Positions 1 to 15,010 of a stretch of DNA of 64,000 bases are shown piece by piece (position 1 is the first letter of the stretch; each line of letters opens with the position of its first letter). The position numbers and the translations under genes are program-made. The notes below the pieces were generated by a model that saw nothing but the letters and a program-made list of their open reading frames with translations, had not been told where the DNA came from and did no database searches. The stretch comes from the human T2T-CHM13v2.0 reference genome, Homo sapiens, in assembly GCF_009914755.1 (NCBI RefSeq), contig NC_060930.1; one strand, written 5' to 3'.

Positions 1-448
1 GGGTAGTATGAACATTTTAACACATTTTTTTCAATCCATGGACATGGATGTCTTTCCATTTTATCTGTGTCTTTGATTTCCTTCACCAATGTTTTATAAT
101 TTTCAGTTAACAAGTCTGTTACTTCTTTGATTACATGTATGCCTAAGTATTTTCTTTGTTATTGTAAATGGGATGGTTTTCTTAAATTTCTTTTTGATGA
201 CTTTCCTGTTTGTGTACACAAATACCACAGATTTTTGTATGTTAATTTTGCACCAAAAAACTTTGTTAAACTCATTTATTAGTTCTAACATTGTTTTTTG
301 GTTGAATCTTCAGGGTTTCCTACGTATATAATCATGTTATCTGTGGAGGTAATTTCACTTTTTCCTCTCCCATTTGGATGCTTTTTATTTCTTTTTCTTG
401 TTTAATTGCTCTGGGTAGGACTTCCAGTACTAAGTTGAATAAAAGCGG
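1..448 (-). mobile_element. Old L1 (L1M) ORF2 fragment, antisense
   Basis: ORF 103..291 (MLELINEFNKV...KINIQKSVVF) is decayed L1 ORF2p reverse-transcriptase C-terminal sequence. Confidence 0.85.
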
Positions 449-449
449 T

Positions 450-2380
450 CTCTCGTCTTCTCTTGCCATCTTCCTTTGTTATCTGATTATTTTTGTAGTA
501 TTTGCCTTGATTCTTCTCTATTTATCTTTTGTATATCTATTATAAGTTTTTTTCTGTGTGGTTACCTCAAGGCTGGCATAAAATGTCTTGTAGTTACAAT
601 GGTCTATTTTAAGTTCATAACAACTTAACTGCACACAGAAATTCCACACTTTTACCACCTCCCCCAAACTTTGTGTTTTTGTAGTCAGAGTTTAATTCTT
701 TTTATATTGTGTATCCATCAACAAATTTTGGTCTTTTATCTTTTAAATGTTGGGGTAAAAGTAACTTACACACCACCATTACAGTGTTACATTATTATAT
801 ATTTGTCTGTATATTTAATTTTGCCAGTGAGATTTATGTTTTCTTATGCTTTCACGTTACTGTTTAGCATGTTTTTGTTTTCAATTTGAAGAACCCCCTT
901 AGCCATTTTGTGTAAAATAGGTCTAGGAGTGACAAACTCTCTCAGTTTTTGTTTCCCTGGGAAAGACTTTCTCTTTCATTTATTTTTAAAGGATAGTTTT
1001 GCCAGATATTGTATACTTGGCAGTTTTTTTCTTTCAGTATTTTGAATGTGTCGTCCCACTCTCTTCTGGCCTGCAACATTTCTACTAAAAAAAAATCCAC
1101 TGATGTCTTATGGAGGTGGTTCCCTTATACATGACAAGTCACTTTTCTTTTGCTTCTTTCAAAATTCTCTGTCTTTAACTTTTGAAATTTAATTATAATG
1201 TATCCTGGTGCAGATCTCTTTGTATTCAACTTATTTAGGATTCTTTGGGGTTAATCAATCTGGATGTCCACTTCCTTCCCTGATTTAGAATGTTTTTGGT
1301 AATTATTCCTTTTCAATAATCTTTCTTCTCCTTTCTATTTCTCTTCTCTTTATTAAGCTTTCATAATCTATATCGGTTTACTTGATATTGTTCCATAAAA
1401 TCCATAGGCTTTCTTTACTCCTTTTTATTCTTTTTTCTTTTTTGTCCTCTGACTGGATAATTTTAAACGACCAGTATTCAAGTTTACTAATTCTTTCCTC
1501 TGCTTGATCGAGTCTGGTATTGAAGTTCTCTGTCGCATTTTTTTATTTCATTTATTGTGTTCTTCAGCTTCAGAATTTGTTTGCTTCATTTTTGTGGTTT
1601 ACATTTCTCTAACTTTCCCTTTCATTTATGTATTACATAAAATTTACATTTCTCTAACTTTCCCTTTTGTTTATGTATTACTTTCCTGATATTATTGAGT
1701 TGTCTATATGTGTTCAATGATAATTTCTTAAAACAATAATTTTGTCAGGCAATTCATAGGTCCCCATTTCTTTGGGATCATTACTGGAAATTATCATATT
1801 CCTTTAGTGGTGTTATGTTTCCCTGACATTTCATGTTCCTTGTAGCCTTGCATTGGTGTCTGAGCATTTGAAGGAGCAGTTACATCTTTCAGATATTACA
1901 GACTGGCTTTGGTGGGGAAGACTTTCACCTGAGATGTGATGATACCTGAGGTGTGATGATGGGTGGGGTGTGTGGTGGTTCTTAAATAATCACCTGAGGT
2001 GTGATGATGGGTGGGCTGTGTGGTAGTTCTGGGTCCAGTGCAAGTTGTGAGGAATGTGCAGGGGCACTGGTTTTGGGGATTGTGTGACACTGTCATGGTG
2101 CATGGGGGTGCCAGGTCCTGGTGCAGGTGTAAGACAAGTGACATCACACCCAGGTGTGGGCTCATGTGAAGCCGTACCGGGTGCAGGGTGCCAGAGTGGC
2201 CCCCTCCAGCTCCAGGGGATGCAAGGCATGGGCTCCAGGCATCTCTGTCAGCTGGGATTTGTGTTGGTAAAGACTGGGGATCTTTAGCAGCAAAGACTGT
2301 AGGAATCCTCCTGCTCTTTTCCCCTATGGGGGGATATAGTGGTCAAGGCAATTTCTGTTGGCACTAAGCTGTACTATGTG
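450..2380 (-). mobile_element. Old L1M ORF1/5' region fragment, antisense
   Basis: T-rich sequence with the typical antisense L1M ORF1 motifs (aaactctctcagtttttg, ccactctcttctggcctgcaa, ttctttcctctgcttgatcgagtctg). Boundaries approximate. Confidence 0.7.
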
Positions 2381-4204
2381 GAACATCCTCAGTTCTAAAA
2401 AATGTTCAATTTTTAAAATTTATGATAAAGTAAATTTCTGAAAGTTAAGTACATTATGAATGTTAGCTTTTTAATATATCAAATATAATTGAATATATTA
2501 TATGTTAAATACTCCCAATAGCTTTAAGATATTTTGAATATTATTTTATTTTTTCAAATTGTATTTAAAATATATTTTAGAAAATTTCTTAAATGGCAAG
2601 AGAGCAATAATTTAGTGTTTCTAACAGTGAAAGGTTTAACTATAAATTAAGCTCTCAAAAATAATCCTTTTCATTATGAAAACATAAAACTCTCTAATGC
2701 AGTGAGATGGAAATGAAGATCTCTACAAGGAATAATGGGTCATCAGTTTATATTGTCCATCTTATACATATTAATTTAAAATGTATAGACTTGTGAGGAT
2801 AAAAAAATAACATTTGTTAAAATAAAATCCTATTAGTTCAATAGTACAAAGAATATAAAATACCTAGGAATCAATTTAACCAAAGAAGTAAAATATCTAT
2901 ACAAGGAAAACTATAAAACACTGATGAAAGAAGATGATGCCAAAAAAAGGGAAAGATACTCCGTATTCATGGATAGGAATAATTAATGCTGCTAAAATAA
3001 CAATACTATCCAAAGTAATTTACAGATTCAATGCAATCCATATCAAATTTTCAATGACATTCTTCACAGAAATAGAAAAAAATCTTAAATATAAATGGAA
3101 CCACAAAAACCCCAAATAACCAAAGCCACCCTGAGCAAAAAGAACAAAGACATTACACTATCAGATATCACAATGTACTACAAAGCTATAGTAACTAAAT
3201 TAGCCTGGTACTGGCATAAAAACAGACACATAGATCAATGGAATAGAATAGGGAACCCAAATATAAGTCCACACATTTACAGACAACTCATCTTTGCAAA
3301 GGTGCCAAGAACATACAATGGGGAAAGGCCAGTCTTTTTAATACATGGTGTTGGGAAAATTGCATAACTATATGCAGAAGAATGAAACTACACCCTTATC
3401 TCTCACCATACACAAAAATCAGATCCAAATGTATTAAAGACTTAAATCTAAGGCCCCAACTATGAAATAACTAGAAGACAATATTGGGGAAATGCTCCAG
3501 GACATTGGACTGGGCAAAGGCTTTTTGGGATTAAGACCCCAAAAACACAGGCAACTAAAGCAAAAATAGACAAATGGAATTTCATCAAGCTAAAAAGCTT
3601 CTACACAGCAAAGGAAACAATCAACAAAGTGTAGAGCAAACCCACAGAATGGGGACAAATATTTGTAAACTACCATCTGACAAGGGATTGATAACCAGAA
3701 TATATAAGAAACTCAAACAGTTCACTAGCAAAAAAAAAAAATCCAATTTAAAAATGGGCAAAAATAGATATTTCTTAAAAGAAGATATACAGATGTCCAA
3801 TAGATATATTTAAAAAAATGCTGAAGGTCACTGAGCATCAGAAGATGCAAATCAAAACTACACTGAAATACCTCACCCCAGTTAAAATGGCTTTTATCAA
3901 AAAGAGAGGCAATAACAGATTCTGGCAATGATATGGAGAAAGGGGAACCCTAGTACACTGTTGACGGGAATAAATTAGTACAGCCACTATGGAGAATGGT
4001 ATGGAGGTTCCTCAAGAAACTAAAAATGTAGCTAGCATATGACTCAGCAATTTTACTACTGAGTATATATTCAAAAGAAGGGAAATCAGTATATATATAA
4101 ATATATCTATATATCTATATATATCTCCAAAGGAAAGGAAATCAGTATATCTGCACTCCCATGTTTATTGTAGCACTGTTCACAATAGTCAAAATTTAGA
4201 ATTG

Positions 4205-4598
<394 letters not shown>

Positions 4599-4943
4599 TT
4601 ATTTAGCCATAAAAAAATGAAATCCTGTCATTTGCAGCAATGTGGATGGAATTAGAGGTCATTATGTTAAGTGAACTAAGCCTAGCACAAAAAGACAAAT
4701 ATTGTTAAGTTGTCACTCATATGTGAGAGCTAAAAAAAGTGAATCTCATGAAGACATAGAGTAGATTGGTGGTTACCCTACCCAGTAGGCTGGGAAGGGT
4801 CGTAGGGAGGGGGAGGATGATGGGGATATTGAATAATGAGTGCAAATATACAGTTTAATAGAAGAAATAAGAGCTAGTGTTAGATCAGTAGAGTGACTAT
4901 AGTTTACAGTAATCTATTGTACACTTGAAAATAGCTAGAAGAC

Positions 4944-5384
<441 letters not shown>

Positions 5385-5865
5385 TTATCATATGTACCCC
5401 TGAAATATGTACATTCCTTAGGCATTGATAAAATTTAAATAAATAAATAAAATTGCTAAAAGATGAATATTGATACATTGGCAAAAGTAAAAAAAAAATC
5501 ACATTTTTCAAATTAAAAAAATTCAGCATGAACTAAATACCACATAGCATAGTGAGGTTTTTTTGGTTTTGTTTTTTATGACTATAAAGTTAGCTAAACT
5601 GCAGAATCTCAGGGAACAGTTCCCACAAAACTTCTCTCATTATCAGTAAACAAAATTGAATTCTCTTTATATTTCTTAAGTCAAAGATTAAAGGTGCACA
5701 AATTAGCATGGGGTTGTATTTTTTTTTTCCTTTTAAAATGCATTTGTTTTAATTTGTCAAGTTTTTGTCTTTTTAATTTCAAATTTTCATTTGACATACT
5801 GATTTGCAGTAAATTGGCCATTTGGAGAATTGGTTGGGGGCAAATTCACTTGCACTGAATAGCTG

Positions 5866-6051
5866 AGTGGTTCTCAAATTCAAGTGGGCATGAGAGTCAC
5901 CTGGAGGGCCTATTACAGCACAGATTGCTGGGCCCTGCTTGGAGTATCAGTTTCAGTAAATCTGCATTGGGGCCCTGAGAGTCTGTACTCAGACACGTTC
6001 CCAGGTGATCCTGATGTCGCTGGTCCAAGGGCTACACTTTGAGAACAACTG
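5866..6051 (-). mobile_element. MER5A (hAT-Charlie)
   Basis: Ends gtggttctcaaa ... tttgagaacaactg, and internal cacctggagggc and ccaggtgatcctgatg motifs. Confidence 0.8.
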
Positions 6052-6063
6052 AAACGGAGTGTG

Positions 6064-6459
6064 TGATACATGGCTTTGTATCCCCACCCGAATCTCATCT
6101 TAAATTGTAATCCCCATAGTCCCTATAATCCCCACATGTCAAGGGAGAGACCAGATGGAGGGTAATTGGATCATGGGGGCGATTTCCCCCATGCTGTTCT
6201 CATGATAGTGAGTGAGTTCTCACAAGATCTGATGGTTTTATAAAGGGCTCTTCCCCTTCCCTCGGCACTTCTCCTTTCTGCTGCCTTGTGAAAAAGGTGC
6301 CTTGCTTCGCCTTCACCTTCGCCTTCGCCTTCCACCATTATTGTAAGTTTCCTGAGGCCTCCCCAGTCATTCTGAACTGTGAGTCAATTAAACCTCTTTC
6401 CTTTATAAGTCACCTAGTCTCAGGCAGTTCTTTATAGCATATGAAAATGAACTAATACA
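6064..6459 (+). mobile_element. THE1D-like MaLR solo LTR
   Basis: Runs TGATA...ccccacccgaatctcatctt...gtgagtcaattaaacctctttcc...actaataca, matching the THE1 LTR layout. Confidence 0.88.
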
Positions 6460-6899
6460 ATGGCAGATGAGAGGAACTAGCTGTTTCATTGGACTGAGGC
6501 AGAAAAAAGCAGAGAAGTCAGAAGATGAAGGCTTTTCATGTCCTATTGGGCAGGATGTTTGGCATTGCTGCATATAACTTGGTAGCAATGAGAATCCAGG
6601 ACCAAGAGAAAGCGTTCGGTGGGCCTAAATACTATCACCTCAAAATGAGACTGTGTATTACATATAGAAGTACTGTATATGGTGAGGAATGCCATCCTGT
6701 GTGTGTTGTTATTGCAACTGTTCAGACATCAAAATGATTTGCAGTGGTTTGTGTGAATGACACTTTCTAGAAGCATTTCAAAAATCAAAATCAATTATTA
6801 ATTTGTAAAACTTTTTTTTCCCCTAGTCTCTCTAGAATTTTGTCTTGCTCCCTTGCTGTCAAAGTCTCATAACTGTCTTTCTCCCTTTCCTCACCTCAG

Positions 6900-7007
6900 G
6901 CAATGTTCAGTCTTTGTATGGTGGAAAGTGGAGCTGATGAGGTTAATTTGCACGGTGTGACCAGCCTTGGCTTAAAGCAGGCTCTGGAGTTTGCATACAC
7001 AGGACAG
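6900..7007 (+). CDS. KLHL32: KLHL32 coding exon (108 nt, phase 0-0), BTB domain: AMFSLCMVESGADEVNLHGVTSLGLKQALEFAYTGQ
   Basis: Polypyrimidine tract ctttctccctttcctcacctcAG (AG at 6898-6899) and donor CAG|GTATGG. The 'AMF...E...LEFAYTG' motif is typical of KLHL BTB domains. Too short to appear in the ORF track. Confidence 0.95.
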
Positions 7008-7884
7008 GTATGGTATTAAATGTGATCTGTAAAGTTTAACATTTCAACTACATCTAACCAAAGGAGATTATCCTTGAGGTATGAGATTTAGTTATTGTTC
7101 TTGTTACTCATTTTGATGTTAAAAATAAGATTCACATCCTCTTAATTTTATGACTAAAGTTATGGAAAGGTAAGTAAAGCAATTTGATTTTTTAATATGA
7201 TCCAGTGAACATAGTATTTTAAATTTAACTCAGTGCTTGCTGGTGTAATTTTTTGAATATCTTAAAGAACTATCGTAAGGGAAAGAGTTTGCAAGATAAT
7301 GGATTCTCATTGTTATCACTGAAGCTCGGTGACTCAATCATGGCTTTATTGCCTTAAAAACAAGACAAAAAATTTAGATCCCCAAAAATTTATGTCCAAC
7401 GTCTTGGTACCATGTCCTCCACATATCTCAGAGTCAGAATTGAAGGCATTTAGATTAGTAGATTGTGATGGTTTGAAATCCTAATACATTAATGACCAAA
7501 GTTGTTATAGGATTTATAGGACATCAGAGGATATCCATTTACATTTGAGAACTACTCAAATAAATCAATTCAAATACAGACTGGATGTTTAGCTCCCCTT
7601 TTATAAATTGTTGTTCTTTAACAACATTTCATCCAACGTGGATTTAGTATCTTCTATGCTAAAATGAAAGTGTCTTCTCTTGAGATGCTCACATCCTAGT
7701 AAGAGAAAGACAGGCAAATACATGATTAAAATCCTCACTGGTATTGGAGTTATAACAGAAGCAGAATACAAAACAGAGTGGGAGAAGGATGCATGTGGTC
7801 AGGTGTGGCTATCAGTACACAATTTTACAGATAGGGTGGTATTTGTGTCTTGAAGAATGTGTGGGAGCTCATTTTTCTACTGAA

Positions 7885-10410
7885 TTTTATTTTTGTTTAA
7901 TTTTATTCTTAATTAGCAAATAATAATTGTATATACTTATGTGATGTAAATGTGATGTTCTGATATATGTTTACAATGTGGAATGATTAAATCAGGCTAA
8001 TTAACAAATTTATCACCTCACCTACCTACCTATTTTTTTTGTGGTGAAAACATTTAAAATGCACTCTTCTAGCAATGTTGAACTATACAATGCATTATTA
8101 TTTATTATAGTTACCATTCTGTGAAGTAGATCACTACAGCTTATTCCTGCTGTCTAACTGAAACTATATACCCTTTGATCAACATCTCCCATTAGTCCAT
8201 CCACCCCTGCTACAGTTTGGATGTTTGTCCTCTCCAAATCTCATGTTGAAATTTGATCCCCAGTGTTGGAGGTCGGGTCTGTAGGTGGATGTTGGGGTCA
8301 TGTTGATTGATTCTTCGTGAAAAGGCTGATGCTCTCCCTCAGGGTGTGAGTGAGTTCTCACTGTTAATTCCTGAAAAAGCTATTTATTAAAAAGAGGCTG
8401 GCACCTCCTTCCCACTCTCGTGCTTCCTCTCTTACTATGTGATCTTGGCACATGCCAGCTCCGCTTCTCCTCTGCCATGAGTGGAAACAGCCTGAAACCC
8501 TCACCAGAAGCAGATGCTGGAGCTATGTTTCTTGTTTAGCCTGCAGAACCATAAGCCAAATAAACCTCTTTCTTATATAAGTTACCCAATGTCAGGTATT
8601 CCTTTATAACAACTCCAAATGGACTAAGAAAACACCCTCCCCTAGCCTTTGGTAACCATCATTCTACTTGCTACTTCTATGAGTTCAACTTTTTTAGATT
8701 CAGCATATAAGTGAGATCATGAAGTATTTGTCTTTCTGTGCCTTGCTTATTTCACTTAACATAATGTCCTCAAAGTTCATCCATGTCATTGCAAATGACA
8801 GGATTTATCTGCTTCTTAAAGCTAAATAGCAGTATGTTGTGTATACATACCATCTTTTCTTTATTCATCTGATGATGGACAACTAGGTTGCATTCATATC
8901 TTAGTTACTGCGAATAATGCTGCAGTGAACATGGGTAGGCAGATGTCTCTATAGCATACTAATTTCAGTTCCTTTGGCTATTACCCAGAAGTGGAATTGC
9001 TGGTTCATATGGTAATTTTATTTTTACTTTTTTGAAGAACCTCCATACTGTTTAACATAATGGGTGTATTAATTTATATTCCCACTAACAGTGCACAAAG
9101 GTTTTTCTCCACACCCTCATCAATACTTGTTATCGATTGTCTTTTTTTTATAGTAGGGGTGAGGCGATATCTCACCATAGTTTTAATTTGCATTTCCCTG
9201 ATGACTAATGATGATGAATTTTTTTTCATATATCTGTTGGCCATCTGTATGTCTTCTTTTGAGAAGTGTCTATTAGGTCCTTTGCCAGCTTTTTGATTGG
9301 GTTATTTATTTTCTCATCTTCTTGTGATGGCTCTAGCTTTGTTCTTTTTGCACAAGATTGCTTTAACTATTCGAGTTCTCAGTTGTATTTTTTTTTTCTT
9401 GTCTAATTTCTCTGGCTAGAACTTCCAGTACTATGTTGAATAGAAGTGGTCAAAATGGGCATACTTGTCTTGTTTCTGATCTTAAAGGAGGAGCTTTCAA
9501 CTTTTCACCACTAAGTATAATGTTAACTCTGGGCTTTTCAGATATGGCCTTTATTGTATTGATATACATTCTTTCTATGCCTAACTTGTTGAGAGTTTTT
9601 ATCATGATAGGATGCTGAATTTTGTCAAATGCTTTTTCTGAATCTATTCAGATGATCGTATGGTTGTTATCTGTCATTCTGTTAATATGGTATATTGCAT
9701 TTATTTATTAATATTTGCATATGTTGAATCATCATTGCATCCCAGGGATAAATCTCCCTTGATCATAGTGAATGATTCTTTTAATCATTCACTGTGCTGT
9801 TGAATGTAGTTTGCTAGTATTTTCTTGAGGAGTTTTGCAGCCATGTTCATCATGGATATTGGCCTGGAATTTTCTTTTCTTGTAGTGTCTTTGTCTGGCT
9901 TTGGTATCAGAATAATGCTAGTCTCATAAAATGAATTTGAAAGTATTCCTTCTTTAATTTTCTGAAAGAGTTTTAAGAGAGATTGATATTCTTTCTTCTT
10001 TAAATGTTTGGTAGAATTCTGCTGTGATGCTATAAGGTCCTAGATTTTTCTTTAATGGGAGATATTTTTTATTAATAGTATTGATATAATCTCCTTACTT
10101 GCTATTGGTCTGTTCAGATTTTTTATTACTTTTTTATTCAGTCTTGCTAGGTTGTATGTTTCTAGGACTTCATCCATTTCTTCTAGATTATCCAATTTTT
10201 TGGTGTATAATTATTCATAGTAGTCTCTTATGGTCCTTTGTATGTCTATGATATCTGTTGTAATATCTTCTCTTTCATTTCTGATTTTATTTATTTGAAT
10301 CTTCTCGTTTTTTTTCTTAGTCTGGCTAAAGTTTTGTTGATTTTATCTTTTCAAATAATGAAGTTTCACTTTCATTAATCTTTTCTATTGTCTTTGTAGT
10401 CTCTATTTTT
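7885..10410 (-). mobile_element. L1MA-type 3' fragment, antisense, with internal deletions and an MST LTR insertion
   Basis: Starts with a T-rich tail and 3' UTR, then antisense ORF2 (ORFs 9060..9296 and 9433..9618 are antisense L1 translations). Apparent jumps in L1 position near 9320 and 9385. Confidence 0.88.
8208..8631 (+). mobile_element. MSTB-like MaLR solo LTR
   Basis: Runs tgctacagtttggatgtttgtcc...agccaaataaacctctttc...ggactaaga. Confidence 0.85.
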
Positions 10411-11117
10411 CACTAAGTTTTCTTTAGAGGCTTATTAAAACGTATGATATCATTTATTCTCTTTTCTGGAGTTAGTAGAATTTAAGATATGTGTCTTAGA
10501 ATAATTGAGGCAACTCTGGCAGCTAGAAGAAAATAGTAAGTATAAAGGAAATAAGCCATTAATCAAGTAGAAAGTATAACAGGAGAAAGAAAGGTGATGG
10601 ATCACAAATTCAAGATTAGCCCAGCCAAATTTCAAGACTTAGGAAATTAAGGCAGGCCATTATCATTCACAGAGTTGCCAAAATATATTCCTAGTGAAGT
10701 GAGTAAATCATGTATTTTGTGTTTTTTGGTTTACAGATGTGAAGAAAGATACCATCTCTAAATTCTGTCTTATTATTTCTCTTTTTATACTTGAATTACA
10801 TGCAGTCACATCTGTATTTGCCCATCTCTAGAGTAAGATTGAAAACCCATAGCTCTTACTTCACAGGTGTGCCATGGGATGAAATAGTAATTTTTTTTTT
10901 GTAAAACTACCCAAGTAAATAATATCTGCACTCAGCTGCATTAGCAACTAAATGGTTTAAGCTTAGAGGCAATGGTCTGTAAAGCATGTTTGAAGTATTA
11001 GGAAACTCAAGAGCACAAATTCCTGGGAAGGCTGAGTTAAAATACACATGCAAATATATGTGGCTGCCTTATTGCTTGCTTGATTGCTTTGTGATTTCCT
11101 TCAGAATGGCTAAGTTG

Positions 11118-11158
11118 ATGTGTATGTGCGTGTGTGTGTGCACGCATGTGTGCGTGTA
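11118..11158. repeat. Imperfect (TG)n alternating purine-pyrimidine tract
   Basis: atgtgtatgtgcgtgtgtgtgtgcacgcatgtgtgcgtgta. Confidence 0.85.
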
Positions 11159-11564
11159 ATTCCTGTCACACAAAGGATCTATGAAATGTGAACTGAAGTG
11201 AAGATAGCAGAAAGGGAGCTGACTTTTTGAAGGTGAAGAAACCTACTTGGAAAGCAGGAAGATATTTGCAGAAGGGCAGCCATATCCCATTGCCCAGGAG
11301 TCATATGCCTTAGGTGCTTAAATTCTACTTTTATGAGAAAAAGAAAGCCAAATGAGATGAAAATATATCTGGTGTAAGTGCCTTTAAAAAGAAAGAAAGA
11401 AAAGCAAGTCCTAGGGCCAGATCTGGGGTTGCAATTATTCTGTCCAAACACCAGAGACTTATTCTGACTGTGCATCCACAGAGGCATATGACAGTCTGTG
11501 GCATACAGCAGTAATTCATCTGTTCAAATTGTGTGCTGAGAGGACAGGAAGGGGGCTGACATTT

Positions 11565-11770
11565 CCTGGAGCACCTTCTGAAAAAGCCAGGGGACAGCAC
11601 TAGGCACTTTATGCGTGCTGTTTAAACTAATCTTTAAAACAGCTCTAAGGAATGCTGTGACCCCACTTGAAAGATGACAGGCCCAGGGAAATGCAGTGAA
11701 TTGACTAAGATCATTCTCTCATATATTTTGGCCCAATTAGTCAAACCGAGTCCTACTAATTTCAAGTCTG
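11565..11770 (-). mobile_element. MIR fragment
   Basis: Degenerate antisense MIR core (gagcacc...ctaggcactttatg...taatcttt). Confidence 0.5.
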
Positions 11771-14464
11771 TTGTTCGTTTTTTATTATAATCTGTCATTA
11801 AGAAAAGATTAAGTTATACTTTGTTATACTTTGTTGAAGGAGGCAGAAAAGTGTTTGGGCATTTACAGAGTCCACTATCTTGGTGGTTTTCTAAACTTGG
11901 AAACTGTGCCTTTTCAAGTCAGTCCATGAGGGCTTAGACTTGTTCTCCCTATGTGATCACTCTTTGCCACAGAGTAGAAGTTGATACCTCTACAGCCTTT
12001 CTTGAACAACATCCAAGAAAGTTTGGTTCTGAAACATCTTTAATTTGTAATAAATCTATTTTCCCTTTGAGACATGGACACAGCTGATGGCAAAAAGAAT
12101 GAAGTTGCAGTTTACTTGAGATTGTTGAACAGCTGCTTTCTCTTACTATGGAGTCGACATTAACATTAAGCAAAAAGGTTGGAGCATAGGAATGTGAGTG
12201 AAAGCATAATTCTTCAGTTTCTTAACTGTTATTTAGTATTAGGGACATTCACTGACATGTAGTCTTTATCCGTGATATGTATATAGATTTGTAAAAATTC
12301 AGGGTTAACATCGAGTGTATCTGCCTATAGCTATTTCTAACAGTTGATTATATGTTTAGTCAGTTGTAATATGCATAGTATGAAATGTACGTATTTTAAG
12401 TGTCTGAAAATTGTTGCTGTCTTGGAGAGAAATTGGAAGTATAGAGTGGGAGTGATGAATGAATGCCTCTAAGTGTAACAAGATGTGTGCGTGTTCCTCC
12501 TACACATTGCTCTAAAGTGTAGCCTTCTTAAAATTGGCCTACAGATTTCATCCAGGAAATTTTAAAGAAAAAGCAAATTTTCCTCTTAATATTAATACAT
12601 ATTCTGAAAATGCATGCATTTCCTATCAAGTAGCAAACAGGGCTGCATAAGCATTCACTCTGCCTTTGCACTAATGAGAAATATGCCCTTCTTCTGGGCA
12701 CACTGTGTTTGGGACACTGCTTGAATAGACCTTGGGATGCAGTGCAGTCTTCATGGGTGTCCTTGCACAGCCATGCATGGAGGCCATTATTACAGCAGAA
12801 CCAATGGTGGAGGGCATAGAGGCCAGGCTGCTCTTGCTCTGCAGGGCTTGTTTTGGGAGCAAGGTTGGAAGCAAATGGTGACATAAACTGACTCTGGGCA
12901 GATCTGCCTTAGAGAGAAAAGGACAAAGTGAATCTAAGAAAATACAAACTCCAGTTACACTGGTGGGCAAGAGGGCCCATCCTGTTACTCTGGCCTCCCT
13001 TACTCTCCTCACTTTGAAACTGTGGCCAAGTTTTTTCATGTTTCAGACCAGTCCTGAGTAGAAGAGGTATGAGGAAGAAGGAAGAGAAATACTCTGATGG
13101 AAATGTTGCCTGGGAGATGGATCCCAGTCCAAACTAGACAAGAGGTCAGCCACCCAGGAGCAGGCAGGTGTTTTTAGAAAATCAAAAAGCAAAAACCAAA
13201 AAACCCAGCCTGACAGTGAAGAGCAGAAAACATCAAGACCCTTTTATAAAAAGAAGAGCCCTGCTTGGAAAGTAGAACTTCCAGCACCAAAGGCCTTGGG
13301 ATAAGCCTTTAGAAATTTGAGTACCTTAGGACCGAAATGGAAGCAAATAGGACTGCGAACCACAATAAAGTTTATTGTTTAACACTCTGGCTATGATGAT
13401 GTCAAGGAATATACACTATATGCCAAGCACTGTGATAAATACCTTACATGTAGTGGAGGAAGGGTTGAAACCTAGTTAGCTTCCTCTTAATTTCCGGAGA
13501 GCTCTCCTCCTTTTCTGTCCCTTGGAGACTGATGAAGAGGTTCCAGAAACCCAGTGGAGAGATAAACTCTGCACCAAATGATAGTGACGTTTATAGTCCC
13601 CTTTACAATTCTCCACTTCCAGGCACTGCTAACTCTGTCAGCTGTGAACCAATTATGTCATATCCGGGCTTCTGAAGAAGGATGCCTTGGGATCTGTGTT
13701 CCCTTGCATTTCTCTTTATTATTCAGTAACTCCAGCCCTTGGCTTCTGAAAATCATAGAAGAACCCATCTCTTGGGGGATAGTCACCCTAAATACATTTC
13801 TCTGACCCAGAGAATGCTTCAATACGATCTTTACAAGGAAATATTGTATCACCATTACTGTTCTTATTTTGAAGCCTTTTGGCAATCAAGAAAACTATCA
13901 TACTCTGTTAAGGGAAAAATTACTTTAAAAATATTCATTCAGTCAGAGGTCTCACCATAGTAACTTTGTTTTTTTGATTGTCATTTGGTTCCCTAATAAG
14001 TTCACATGACTTTTTTTATATAGCCCTGATAATGCAAACACTGTGCATTACATTTTGATGATCATTGAAACTGTATTCCCCACAGCAGAATACTTTTCTC
14101 GGGAGACCTGAGCATCAGGCCAGGCAGCAGAGTGACAGGAATCTTAATTGGATCTGCTTTCTCATGGACCATCCCTTCAGGGGTAGAAGTATCCATTTAT
14201 ATGGAGAAAGTCTCTGTCGGATTTACTTATAAATATAACCCAATTGAGCTAAATAGTAGCACATGGAGCAAACATGGGAGAAAATTTTTAAAATGTTTCT
14301 CTCAGGAGTAGTGTTAAGACTATTCAGTGGTTTAAATATTTTAGCTTCCCAATCCTTTCTTTAGCTGGCAGTACCTACCTGGCAAGTAAAAGGCCCTGAG
14401 GCACCTCCACTGTGCCTTGCACTCTGGAGGGTACACAGTGAAATCCACATTTTAAGGAAGAATA

Positions 14465-15010
14465 TAGCATCCCTTCCTTACCTGCTGGGGCTATATTCCA
14501 AGACCCCAGTGGATGCCTGAAACCTCAGATAAGTACCAAACCCTATATATACTATGTTTTTTTCCTATCCATACACACCTGTCATAAAATTTAGTTTATA
14601 AATTAGGCACAATAAGATTAACAACAATTACTAACAATAAAGTAGAACAATTATAACAATACACCAGCATCACTTCTCTTGTACCTTGGGGCCATTATTA
14701 AGTAAAATAAACACAAGCACTGAGATACTGCCACAGTGGTCTGATAACCCAGAGGGCTACTAGGTTACTAACAGGCAGAGAGCATCTACAATGAGGATAT
14801 GCTGAACAAAGGAATGATTCATGTCTTGGTAGGACAGAGTGGGATGGTGGGAGATTGCATCATGCCACTCAGAATGGTGCATAATTTAAAACTCATGAAT
14901 CGTTTATTTCTAGAATTTTCTATTTAATGTTTTTGGACTGCAGTTTACCATGGGTAACTGAAACCGTAGAAAGCGAAACCGTCGATAACGGGGGGCGGGG
15001 GGGAACTACT
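14465..15010 (-). mobile_element. MER44B-like (TcMar-Tigger) element
   Basis: About 550 bp. Ends ...ggtaactgaaaccgtagaaagcgaaaccgtcgataacgggggg...actact, the reverse complement of the MER44 5' end. Confidence 0.8.

Noticed and set aside
2934-3813. ORFs resembling L1 ORF2p
   Set aside because: Fragmented by frameshifts and stops in a 5'-truncated fossil L1, so not a functional retrotransposon.
4060-4150. Duplicated ggaaatcagtatat around a (TA)-rich insert
   Set aside because: Ordinary slippage within the L1 with no sign of function.
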